The notes beneath the pieces were generated by a model. The model was given only the letters and a program-made list of their open reading frames with translations, did not search any database and was not told where the DNA came from. A stretch of DNA of 64,000 bases from Candidatus Woesearchaeota archaeon (GTDB lineage: Archaea; Nanobdellota; Nanobdellia; Woesearchaeales; DSVV01): contig JACRKF010000021.1 of assembly GCA_016219865.1 (NCBI GenBank), forward strand, positions 2,224 to 66,223, in the 5' to 3' direction. The position numbers and the translations under genes are program-made. Positions within the stretch are counted from its first letter, which is position 1; each line of letters starts with the position of its first letter. Shown piece after piece: positions 9,310 through 18,608 of this stretch.

Positions 9310-10058
9310 TACTGCGAAATCAATTAGGAAAATATGCGCAGATGCTTAACTATGATCTTGGACAGACAGAAAAAGATTATCTGCAGCATTTGTTTTTATT
9401 TTTTCTATCACAACATGATACAACAAACCTTGTGTTCAAAGGCGGAACAGCATTGCAGAAAGTATATGGTTTGAATAGATTTAGCATTGACCTTGATTTT
9501 ACTGCTAAAGAAAATAACATTGACTTCAAGATGTTAATAGAGAAAATTGCAAAGAAAATAACAGATTTTGGTTATAACTGCAAAGTGCAAGAGATAAAGA
9601 CAATTGGAAAAACATTTGTGATAAAAATACAAGGCCCTCTTTATCAAAACAGTCAAGTAAGCACTTGCACATTGCGTATTGAAGTTAGCTTTCGTGAATC
9701 ACTTTTGCTTCAACCAATCCTAAAAGAGATCATTCCATCATACACTGATTTACAACCCTATACTATCCTTGTCATGCAAACAGAAGAGATATTAGCAGAA
9801 AAAGTGCGTGCAATTATGACACGAAACAAACCAAGAGATATATTTGATCTTCATTTCTTGCTGCTGAAAAACACAGCTTTCAATATTGAGTTTATCAACA
9901 AGAAACTAGATTATTATAAGGAAAAATACAATAAAAAAGCATTTTTACAAAAGATAAAAGAAAAAGAGAAAATATGGAATCATGAAATGAAGCAGTATAT
10001 TAGAAATCTACCTTCATTTGAATCTATTGAAAAAGAGATCATAAAAAGAGTCTCTTAG
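9306..10058 (+). CDS. AbiEii/AbiGii-family nucleotidyltransferase toxin
   Basis: The LVFKGGTALQKVYGLNRFSIDLDF motif is typical of DUF1814 (AbiEii). Confidence 0.8.
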   Translation: MILRNQLGKYAQMLNYDLGQTEKDYLQHLFLFFLSQHDTTNLVFKGGTALQKVYGLNRFSIDLDFTAKENNIDFKMLIEKIAKKITDFGYNCKVQEIKTIGKTFVIKIQGPLYQNSQVSTCTLRIEVSFRESLLLQPILKEIIPSYTDLQPYTILVMQTEEILAEKVRAIMTRNKPRDIFDLHFLLLKNTAFNIEFINKKLDYYKEKYNKKAFLQKIKEKEKIWNHEMKQYIRNLPSFESIEKEIIKRVS

Positions 10059-10140
10059 GTTATCATTTTTGATAACTTGACGACATAATTATAAGATATC
10101 TTAATAATAGAGAATAAAATAGTTAAAATAAAAGAAAAAA

Positions 10141-10758
10141 TTAAACTACAGCTTCTTCCTTTTTGTTATCCTGGATTAATCTCCTGATAACAGCTCGTAG
10201 ATAATTAGTTAATGTTGTAAGATTTCCAATCTGTTTAGTATTTGGTGTAGGAGTTCTTCCAAAGAATTCTTCAATTTTTAAGAATCCTTGTTCCAATGCT
10301 CTTACATAATTTCCTTCATCAGCCAAAATCTTAGCAAAAGTTTTATTATTCTTGATAACTTCTGCTTTTGATTCTGCAGATATTTCAAATTTAACTAATT
10401 TCTCTAACTGTAATGTCTCATTTTTTATTTGTTGCAAATCAATCATTACTGGAGCATATGCTGCTGCAGTTCCCTTTGATGCTGCTTTTTTAATATCTGA
10501 TTGCAGTTTCTGATATTTTCTGTCAAGATCTATTAAAAGTGCTTCTTCAACTCGATCAATCTTTTTTTCTTTATCTGAATCCTTCTTCCTTTCTGCCCAT
10601 TTTTTTCTTACAGAATCCATATTTTCTTGAAGAGTTCCGCCGCCGCCAGTCATGTTCGCAATCATGCGAAAGATTTCTATAAGTAGTAATACGAGTAATG
10701 CAACATAAAAAAAGTTTACAAAACTACCCATTACACCAACTATTGCATCTGAAGCCAT
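10141..10758 (-). CDS. hypothetical membrane-anchored coiled-coil protein
   Basis: N-terminal transmembrane helix, a Gly run (GGGG), then coiled-coil. Start/stop overlap with the upstream membrane protein. Confidence 0.5.
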   Translation of the reverse strand: MASDAIVGVMGSFVNFFYVALLVLLLIEIFRMIANMTGGGGTLQENMDSVRKKWAERKKDSDKEKKIDRVEEALLIDLDRKYQKLQSDIKKAASKGTAAAYAPVMIDLQQIKNETLQLEKLVKFEISAESKAEVIKNNKTFAKILADEGNYVRALEQGFLKIEEFFGRTPTPNTKQIGNLTTLTNYLRAVIRRLIQDNKKEEAVV

Positions 10759-11273
10759 TATAAACCACCTCCAATAGCTGTAGTAATAATATTAAGTAAT
10801 GCCCATGTAAAGATAATAATACCCATTCTTATCAAATTCCAATACCACGGTGCTGCAGGCAAATACCAAAGTATTGCAATTAACGCTCCAATTGGCACTG
10901 CAAATACAAGCAATGCAATAACTGTTGTATATGTTTCACCCATTGCAATCAATAATGCTTGGGGAAAGAACAAGACAGTCATTATTGAAATAAGTAATGC
11001 AAGAACTAATGCTAATCTATTATTAAAATTAGGAATAAGATGCGCTGCTACAAATAAAACAGTAAACACCAAGAAAAATAAAATGATTCTCATAGCTACA
11101 AGTAAACCAGTATCACCTGTTATAGTAGTGCCACCTAACCATTCCCTTAAAAAATCAGCAACACCACTAAGTGCCGCACCAGGTCCAGGTACTGCTGCTA
11201 ATACAATTCCACTAAAAACAAACATTAATGTAAGAAGCAAACTAATTGACAAAACTTGTTTTTTGTGCAACAA
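10758..11273 (-). CDS. hypothetical polytopic membrane protein
   Basis: Four or five hydrophobic segments. Locally higher GC than surroundings. Confidence 0.5.
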   Translation of the reverse strand: MLHKKQVLSISLLLTLMFVFSGIVLAAVPGPGAALSGVADFLREWLGGTTITGDTGLLVAMRIILFFLVFTVLFVAAHLIPNFNNRLALVLALLISIMTVLFFPQALLIAMGETYTTVIALLVFAVPIGALIAILWYLPAAPWYWNLIRMGIIIFTWALLNIITTAIGGGL

Positions 11274-11512
11274 CTAAAACACCTCAATTTTTTTATGATT
11301 ATTAATATAGTCAATGCACCAAATAATCAAATATTTAATAGTGCATTTACTATATAATTAAAGTAAACATTATTCGATAATCAATTTGCTTTAACTATAT
11401 CATAAATAATAATAAATGTTTATTTTTTTACTACTATATAAACCTTTCTAAAATAAAAAATTTCTGGTAAAAGTATTTATTATTTTGAGGACTAGGAGGT
11501 TGTGATTCTGAT

Positions 11513-12772
11513 TCACTCTTCCAACAACCACTTCCAAACAGGCTTTACAATAATGGTTTTGCTTTTATGATGTATTATTTCCTCATTCTCCATCGTAAGA
11601 ATCATCCCTTCATTTAATTGGTATTTCCTCATGCAATCAAGCAGTCCAACAATTTCTCTTTCTTTTACTGCTGAATTATCTAATGCAAATGCAACCTGTA
11701 TAGCTGCATTTATATTTAATCCATGTTTTGTAACAAAATCACATTCTTTTTTCTCTAAGTGATAATAAATCTCTTTATTTTTTCTGAGCAGGTGAACAAA
11801 TATTAGATTTTCTAATCTTCTTCCTTTATTTTCAGAAAAATTAAAAGCAACTGTTTTCAAAAAGCTATTATCAATCGTATAAATCTTTGATGATGATACT
11901 TTTTGTTTTGCTAAAGAATAATCAAATCGATCTATTTTATATAATATGAATACATCATGAAGATAATCTATATAATTCTTAACAGTACTCAGACTTTTAA
12001 TTCCTGTAACCTTTTTTAGTGTTGAATATGAATATATACGTCCTATGTTTGAGAGTAGAAATACTATTAGGTCTTTTAATTCTTTTATCTCTTTTATCTT
12101 ATATCTCTGCAGCACATCCTTATTAAGTATATCTTCAAAATATTGCCGTGATAATTCTACATCATCATTCTTTATAATTAACGGAAAACCACCTTTTTCA
12201 AAATAATCCAAGAAAAGACTAAAGACCTTAGTTTTCTCTAAAGTCCCAAATTTATCCACATCAATCTTGCCAAATTGCTTTAACCGCAAATATTCTTTAA
12301 ATGAAAATGGCAGTAGTTGTATTACCTTATTCCTTCCCGTAAGATGTGTTGCAATTTCCGAACTTAATAGATCAGAATTTGATCCTGTGACGAATACTTT
12401 ATTTCCTTGTGAATATAAATTATTAACCCATTTCTCCCAATAAAGTATATTTTGAACTTCATCAAGAAAATATATTATAGTATTTGTCCCATAAAGCTCT
12501 ATTGCAATCTCTTCAATGTGATGAAAATTCTCAGTACTAAAATCTACAAATCTAACATCATCAAAATTAAGGAATAGTTTTATGCCTTTTGTCTTTTCAG
12601 ATATTAATTTTAGTAATGAACTCTTCCCAGATCTTCGTATTCCAGAAATTATTATAATTTCATTTCCCTTTAGAGCATATTCAAGAGAGATATCCCTATC
12701 AACGAGATCAAGTTTATTACTAAATAATTGTTGTTGATCTAAAATCAGCTCCCTTAATTTACTTTTGTCCAT
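11513..12772 (-). CDS. AAA+ ATPase, DUF4143 family
   Basis: Walker A GIRRSGKSSL. Architecture common in archaeal COG1373 proteins. Confidence 0.7.
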   Translation of the reverse strand: MDKSKLRELILDQQQLFSNKLDLVDRDISLEYALKGNEIIIISGIRRSGKSSLLKLISEKTKGIKLFLNFDDVRFVDFSTENFHHIEEIAIELYGTNTIIYFLDEVQNILYWEKWVNNLYSQGNKVFVTGSNSDLLSSEIATHLTGRNKVIQLLPFSFKEYLRLKQFGKIDVDKFGTLEKTKVFSLFLDYFEKGGFPLIIKNDDVELSRQYFEDILNKDVLQRYKIKEIKELKDLIVFLLSNIGRIYSYSTLKKVTGIKSLSTVKNYIDYLHDVFILYKIDRFDYSLAKQKVSSSKIYTIDNSFLKTVAFNFSENKGRRLENLIFVHLLRKNKEIYYHLEKKECDFVTKHGLNINAAIQVAFALDNSAVKEREIVGLLDCMRKYQLNEGMILTMENEEIIHHKSKTIIVKPVWKWLLEE

Positions 12773-12865
12773 TTAAAGAAGGTTATCTTGTTCATTTATA
12801 AAGCTTTCGCCATTAACTGATAAGTTTTTATAAATAGTGTTCTTTAGAGCATGATTAATTAGAGA

Positions 12866-14332
12866 TTACCCCTTCAGCACACCCAATGGCACCAATTTCG
12901 CTACAATCTTGCCAATTCCTGCTTCATGTGACACTCGCACAACTTCATCAACATCTTTATAGACAGCAGGAGCTTCCTCAGATAAACCTTTCCATGATGC
13001 AGCTTTAATATGAATATTTCTTTTCTCAAGCTCATTCTTTATTTGCTCTCCTTTGAATAATTTATTGGCTGCATTTCTGCTCATCACTCTTCCTGCGCCA
13101 TGAGGAGTGCTTGCAAATGTTTCTTGCATTGCTTTGTCAGTGCCAACTAATACATAAGATCCAGTACCCATGCTTCCAGGCAATAATATTGGTTGCCCAG
13201 TTTTCTGATAATCTTCAGGCAATTCTTTATGATTTGGCCCAAATGCTCGCGTTGCGCCTTTTCGATGCACATAGAGCTTTGTAGCAACATCATCTATAAT
13301 ATACTCTTCAACTTTGACAATATTATGAGCTACATCATAGATTGTTTTCAATTCCACATTTTTGCCATTAAATTCTGTTCCAAATACTTTAGTAAAAGAC
13401 TTTCTAATATTATAAACCATCAATTGTCTGTTGCACCAGCCAAAATTTGCTGCAGCTGACATTGCTTTTAGATAATCTTGCGCAATAGGAGAACTTGTTG
13501 GCGCATACGCCAAATCTTTCTCTGGCAATTTTGCAACCAACTCAGGAAGTTCATTCTCAATTCTTCGAAGAAAATCAGTGCAAACTTGATGCCCTAATCC
13601 TCTGCTGCCTGAATGAATCATCACAACAATCTGCCATTTATGATAAATTCCAAAAGCTTTTGCTATTTTCTCATCAAAAATTTCATCAACAATCTGTATT
13701 TCTAAAAAATGATTGCCTGCGCCAAGCGTCCCAAGCTGATTCTTTCCTCTTTTCTTAGCTGTTGGTGAAACCTTGCTTGCATCTGCTTGTTTCATTTGCC
13801 CATATTCTTCACAATGATCAATATCATGCTGTGTTGCATAACCATGCTCTTTTGCCCATTCCAATCCGCCATTAAGAACTTCATCTAATTCTGCATGTGT
13901 TAAATGCACATTTGATTCACTTCCAACACCGCAATGCACATTCTGAAATAAAACATCTAATAATTCTTTGATTCTTGGCTCAACATCTTCTTTTGTTAAT
14001 TGTGTTGAAAGAAGACGAACGCCGCAATTTATGTCAAAGCCAACTCCGCCGGGAGAAATACAACCATTATCAACAGGAAAAGCAGCAACGCCGCCAACAG
14101 GAAAACCATATCCTTGATGCGCATCTGGCATAATTAAAGCATTTTTTTGTATGCCTGGCATCTCTGTCATATTTTTTGCTTGCATTATTGCATTATCTTT
14201 GACAAGATTCTCCATCAATGCTTCAGATGCAAATATTCTCACAGGCACACTCATTGAATTTCGCTGCTCAAGCTCATATAGATAATCATTCACTTTCTTG
14301 ATTTTCATTCCTGATACTTCAAACTTTTTCAT
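12866..14332 (-). CDS. rtcB: RNA-splicing ligase RtcB
   Basis: Carries GAGNHFLEIQ, HSGSRGLGHQV and PHGAGR motifs. 488 aa. Confidence 0.95.
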   Translation of the reverse strand: MKKFEVSGMKIKKVNDYLYELEQRNSMSVPVRIFASEALMENLVKDNAIMQAKNMTEMPGIQKNALIMPDAHQGYGFPVGGVAAFPVDNGCISPGGVGFDINCGVRLLSTQLTKEDVEPRIKELLDVLFQNVHCGVGSESNVHLTHAELDEVLNGGLEWAKEHGYATQHDIDHCEEYGQMKQADASKVSPTAKKRGKNQLGTLGAGNHFLEIQIVDEIFDEKIAKAFGIYHKWQIVVMIHSGSRGLGHQVCTDFLRRIENELPELVAKLPEKDLAYAPTSSPIAQDYLKAMSAAANFGWCNRQLMVYNIRKSFTKVFGTEFNGKNVELKTIYDVAHNIVKVEEYIIDDVATKLYVHRKGATRAFGPNHKELPEDYQKTGQPILLPGSMGTGSYVLVGTDKAMQETFASTPHGAGRVMSRNAANKLFKGEQIKNELEKRNIHIKAASWKGLSEEAPAVYKDVDEVVRVSHEAGIGKIVAKLVPLGVLKG

Positions 14333-14405
14333 AAAAAAATCCTCCTTTCAGTCGTATTTTTTTAAACTCAGGATTATGACTTCATGTACTTAAGACAACT
14401 AGCAT

Positions 14406-14858
14406 TTATATGTCCACGACAACCTGCACTATCCATAACCCATTTTTTTGTTCTTTAATTATCATATCATTATATGTAATTGCTTTCAATGAACCATGCG
14501 CATCATAAGCTTTATAGGAATCTCCCTTAACAATTGCTTTCAATGTATACATTTCAAACTTTTTTGTGATTGTTAATGAATCAACATAGCTTACAATAAG
14601 ACCTTCAGTATCTAATAATATAACAAACTGATCAAGAAAATCAAATAATAATGTATCCAACTTTGGCGCTTTTATTTCAATTTCTTTTCTAACTACTTGC
14701 TTAACCTTTTTAATATCAGTAAGCATATTATACATTGCTAGCACAGCATTAGCAAATGCTTCTTCTAAAGTTTTGCCATATGCTTGAAATTTAGCTTCAG
14801 AAGTATGATCAAGATATTTAAACTTAGGTACTGCGCTGTTTGGTTCCATTATCTCCAT
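14406..14858 (-). CDS. archease (RtcB activator)
   Basis: The N-terminal FKYLDHTSEAKFQAYG matches archease. It sits immediately upstream of rtcB. Confidence 0.85.
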   Translation of the reverse strand: MEIMEPNSAVPKFKYLDHTSEAKFQAYGKTLEEAFANAVLAMYNMLTDIKKVKQVVRKEIEIKAPKLDTLLFDFLDQFVILLDTEGLIVSYVDSLTITKKFEMYTLKAIVKGDSYKAYDAHGSLKAITYNDMIIKEQKNGLWIVQVVVDI

Positions 14859-14926
14859 AATACTATTGTTTTAGATGGTGATTTAAAAAGTTTTATGTTT
14901 CTATATTTTAGTTTTAGAAGAAAAAA

Positions 14927-15775
14927 TCATTTCAAACCTAATTGTTCTTTAGTCTTTGCATTAAGAACATGCAACCCATCCAAATGTTGATCCATATTGA
15001 AATCATAAGGAAATGAGTTCTCTAATAGCTCTTCAACTAACAGTTTACTCTTACTGTTTAATTGACTTGATGTTATTTTTATTCTGTCTAAAGCAGCATC
15101 CATGGTTATTTCATGAGTAGATACATAATATAAAACAGCCCGTAACCCTGAATAAACATACCTAACCTCAGCGCCACTAGCGCGATTTCTGCGATGCACA
15201 CAAGTCTCTTTTAACACTTTTAAAATATCCAATGTCTGAGCAACTTCAACATATTCACAGGTACCCAAATCTTTAAGCATCTGTAATTCATAAAACTTTC
15301 TAAGGTAACTATCTACCCTCTCTTCATAATTTTTAAATTCCTTACCATCCGAATAATAATTATAGGGTTCTTTAATACGATCTGGAAATATCTCTGCCAA
15401 TCCTGGAGCAATTTTAAAAGCATCTTTTCGAATCTTTTCTCTATGACATTCTAATTTATCTGTAAGCTCCCTCATCTTGGAAGAATAACTTTCTTCTAAG
15501 ATAACTCTTCTTTCTTCAAGTTGATGTAATTTTAAAGCATAATCTTTCTCTAAGTCAGTTCTTCTTTTCTGTAAACTATCCATAACTGTTTGTTCATATG
15601 ACGCCAATTTAAGTTCTAATGAACCAACAAGTTCTCTTAATTTCTCTTCTGCAGCTCTTTTTGATTCATCTAAAGATTGTTGTAAAACAGCATCATTTAG
15701 AGTTCTTAAACTAGATTCCATTTCTTGTATAAAAGTAGTTAAAGAAGTTCTGCTGAGATCAAGCGATTTAATCAT
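14927..15775 (-). CDS. hypothetical coiled-coil protein
   Basis: 282 aa, largely helical/coiled-coil. Co-directional with, and 8 bp from, the upstream ORF. Confidence 0.4.
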   Translation of the reverse strand: MIKSLDLSRTSLTTFIQEMESSLRTLNDAVLQQSLDESKRAAEEKLRELVGSLELKLASYEQTVMDSLQKRRTDLEKDYALKLHQLEERRVILEESYSSKMRELTDKLECHREKIRKDAFKIAPGLAEIFPDRIKEPYNYYSDGKEFKNYEERVDSYLRKFYELQMLKDLGTCEYVEVAQTLDILKVLKETCVHRRNRASGAEVRYVYSGLRAVLYYVSTHEITMDAALDRIKITSSQLNSKSKLLVEELLENSFPYDFNMDQHLDGLHVLNAKTKEQLGLK

Positions 15776-15782
15776 TTCCTCT

Positions 15783-16346
15783 CTAATGTTTGAACACTAA
15801 TTGATAATATTTCTTTGAGAAATAAGCGTTTGCAATCATAGGTATGCCTGTTGCATTAGCAACTGCTATTACTAATTGTTTCTCATTTTCAACAGTATAT
15901 TGCTGCTCTAGAATCAATCTTTCCAATTGATCTACTACAATTCCAATATCTTTAGAACATATTGGTTTCTTTTTAGTAGGAAGTTTATATAAATGTGAAA
16001 GCTTTATTTCATTATCACAAAAAACTAATAAAGTACTTGTTTTCGCTGAGAATAATCCATTTTTTGTTGTACTATATTGGATACTAACATAACTAATTAA
16101 TGATTCTTTTGATAATTGTAAATCTAAGCTTATAAGTTTTTCATTTGCAACAGAATCAATTGCAGGTTCCTGAGGAGTTATATCAACTAAACGTAAACAT
16201 GCATTAAGATAGTCCTTAAAATTATCTAATTTGACGATTAAACCACTAATATCTGCAGGTAGAGTTAGAATCTGATCAATACCAATTGATTCTAACTTTC
16301 CAATATATGGAGCTGCAATAGCTTCCGGACTTGATTGCTTTGCCAT
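15783..16346 (-). CDS. hypothetical protein
   Basis: 187 aa with no recognisable motif. First gene of the co-directional block leading into archease-rtcB. Confidence 0.4.
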   Translation of the reverse strand: MAKQSSPEAIAAPYIGKLESIGIDQILTLPADISGLIVKLDNFKDYLNACLRLVDITPQEPAIDSVANEKLISLDLQLSKESLISYVSIQYSTTKNGLFSAKTSTLLVFCDNEIKLSHLYKLPTKKKPICSKDIGIVVDQLERLILEQQYTVENEKQLVIAVANATGIPMIANAYFSKKYYQLVFKH

Positions 16347-16571
16347 AAAAGAATAGAAAATTGGAGTAATTTAAAAATGTTTTGATAAATACTACTGGTC
16401 AGTAATTGTAAAAAACTGAGAACCATAAATCTATAGATTGTGAAATTTCATCACTCAATCTTAAAAGGAGAGGAATTAAGAAATTCTTTGATGATTGTAT
16501 TCTTTTCTTGAATCCTATAATAGCTATGCCAGTACTTTTGTTTGTATTTTTATCAACTCTTTCAAAATTAT

Positions 16572-17144
16572 CTAAACAAAATTATCCCTATGTTCCATAT
16601 GCAACAATTCTTTCCTCTTATCATTTCCACCAACTTTCTTGCATTCTGCGCAACTATTTAGTTTATAACATTTATCAGTTGCAATTGTTTCAAGATCTAT
16701 CTTAAATAAAAAGTCATTTGTTGCAGAAACCACAAAACTAACATTAATATCTGAAATTGTTGCATTTGTTCTAAGATATTCATTAATTATTTCATCTGCT
16801 TTTTGCAAACTTTCATTAATAAAAAAGACAGAAACATTATTTTTGCCAGATATAACAAATCCATTTACAAAAAACGCGCATTTTCGCAAAAATTCTAGTG
16901 TGCTATTTGGATTAGTAGCTGTAAAATCAACTCTTGACAAAAACAAATTAGTTTTTGAGAAACTCATACCAGTATCAAAATTAAGAACACCTTTTGTCTT
17001 TAATTTTTGTATTCTTGCATTTATTGAAGGTTGTGATAGTTTTAATTTTTCAGCGATTTCATTCTGAGAAATAAAAGGATCTTTCATAAAAAAAGTTAAT
17101 ATCTTAATATCCTTATCATCAACTCCAAGACGTTCTTTTAACAT
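16572..17144 (-). CDS. winged-helix (Lrp/AsnC-type HTH) transcriptional regulator
   Basis: N-terminal DKDIKILTFFMKDPFISQNEIAEKLKLSQPSINARIQKL. Confidence 0.6.
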   Translation of the reverse strand: MLKERLGVDDKDIKILTFFMKDPFISQNEIAEKLKLSQPSINARIQKLKTKGVLNFDTGMSFSKTNLFLSRVDFTATNPNSTLEFLRKCAFFVNGFVISGKNNVSVFFINESLQKADEIINEYLRTNATISDINVSFVVSATNDFLFKIDLETIATDKCYKLNSCAECKKVGGNDKRKELLHMEHRDNFV

Positions 17145-17307
17145 AATCTAACCACCACTTAATTAATCAAAACTAAACTGATAAAAGTTGAGTTAACTGA
17201 TAAAATATAAGTTAATAATAATCAAATATACCCTATTATATAAATTTTCTTATAGATGATAACAAAAAGCTTTATAAAGTTGGCTAAATTCATTTTGATT
17301 GAGACAT

Positions 17308-17562
17308 ATGGTAAAATTCAAATTAGAACACAACAGACCAGATTGCATTGGCTGCGGTGCATGCGCTGCAATTTCGCCAGAGTACTGGGAAATGCACGAA
17401 GATGGTAAATCTGACATCAAAAAGTCTATTAAAAGACCAGATGGTTGGGAAGAAAGGGATATTGAAGAGCAAGAATTTACAGCAAACAAAGATGCAGCAG
17501 ATGCATGTCCAGTAAATGTTATTCATATTCGCAATTTGCAGACAAATGAGAAGATAATCTAA
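17308..17562 (+). CDS. small ferredoxin-like protein (CxxCxxC...C)
   Basis: CIGCGAC...C pattern. The ORF-track start is TTG; ATG at 17308. Confidence 0.6.
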   Translation: MVKFKLEHNRPDCIGCGACAAISPEYWEMHEDGKSDIKKSIKRPDGWEERDIEEQEFTANKDAADACPVNVIHIRNLQTNEKII

Positions 17563-17571
17563 AGGTTTTTT

Positions 17572-18144
17572 ATGACAAAACAATTGATTCACAAAGACAT
17601 GACTTTAGGAGAAGTCGTTGAAAAATATCCGCAATGTGTGCAAGTTATGCTTGATTATGGATTACACTGTGTTGGTTGCCATGCATCTACATGGGAAACT
17701 TTAGAGCAAGGCACAATGGGTCATGGAATGAGTGATGATATGTTTCAAGAGATGCTTCAAGAATTAAACAAAACAGCTGGCCAAACGCCTGAAAAAAAAG
17801 TATCTTCAACTTCGGCAAAAGAAACATTGACAAAAGAAACATTAATTGTTACAGACAAAGCAGCTGAGAAAATTGTGCAATTAATGAAAAATGAAGGCAA
17901 AGAAAATTCTGTTTTGCGAGTTCAAGTTATTCCTGGAGGATGTTCAGGAATGAATTATGATTTGGCATTTGATGAAGGACCTCAAGAAGGAGATATAGTT
18001 ATTGAAAAATATGGAATTATGATTTGCATTGATGAAGAAAGCTTAAGCCATATGAAAGGAGCAACTATTGACTTTGTTGATTCATTGCAAGGTTCTGGAT
18101 TTAAAATAAACAATCCTGAAACTAAATCAGACTGCGGTTGTTGA
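17572..18144 (+). CDS. DUF1858-domain / HesB-IscA (A-type Fe-S carrier) fusion protein
   Basis: N-terminal YGLHCVGCHAS (DUF1858). The C-terminal GGCSG...CGC matches the IscA/ErpA signature. Confidence 0.7.
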   Translation: MTKQLIHKDMTLGEVVEKYPQCVQVMLDYGLHCVGCHASTWETLEQGTMGHGMSDDMFQEMLQELNKTAGQTPEKKVSSTSAKETLTKETLIVTDKAAEKIVQLMKNEGKENSVLRVQVIPGGCSGMNYDLAFDEGPQEGDIVIEKYGIMICIDEESLSHMKGATIDFVDSLQGSGFKINNPETKSDCGC

Positions 18145-18188
18145 AACAGCTTTAGTTAAAAGAAATTTAGATAAATAGTGAGAAAAAT

Positions 18189-18455
18189 ATGGATAAGATT
18201 AACAATATAAAAGAATTAAAAGACAAAGCAAGACTTCTTAATCCAGCCGTAAGAATAGGAAAATCTGGGATTACTGAAAATCTTCTAAAAGAAATTCGAT
18301 TTCAACTAGAACAAAAAAAACTTATAAAGATAAAATTATTAAGCGCAGCATTATCACAGATGGAAAAAAAGAAAACAGCAGATTTAATAGCAGAAGAAAC
18401 AAATGCAAATATAGTGCAGATAATAGGCAATTGCGTAATTCTGGCTAAAAGATAA
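18189..18455 (+). CDS. YhbY/CRM-domain RNA-binding protein
   Basis: VRIGKSGITENLLKEI...IVQIIGNCVIL matches the CRS1/YhbY domain. Confidence 0.75.
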   Translation: MDKINNIKELKDKARLLNPAVRIGKSGITENLLKEIRFQLEQKKLIKIKLLSAALSQMEKKKTADLIAEETNANIVQIIGNCVILAKR

Positions 18456-18502
18456 TCTTAGAAAACTTATCGTAGTTAACCTCTTTTCGTAATTCCTGAA
18501 TT

Positions 18503-18540
18503 AGTATTTGCTGAATGAGTGAAGCGAATTCGCAAATACT
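18503..18540. repeat. 38-nt hairpin repeat, family B (copy 1, reverse orientation)
   Basis: agtatttgctgaatgagtgaagcgaattcgcaaatact. Related copies at 22411 and 25509. Confidence 0.7.
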
Positions 18541-18608
18541 AAATAAATACTAAAAATATATAAAGTAGAAATTCTTAGTAAAGTAAAAAAACTAAAAAAG
18601 GGGTAATT

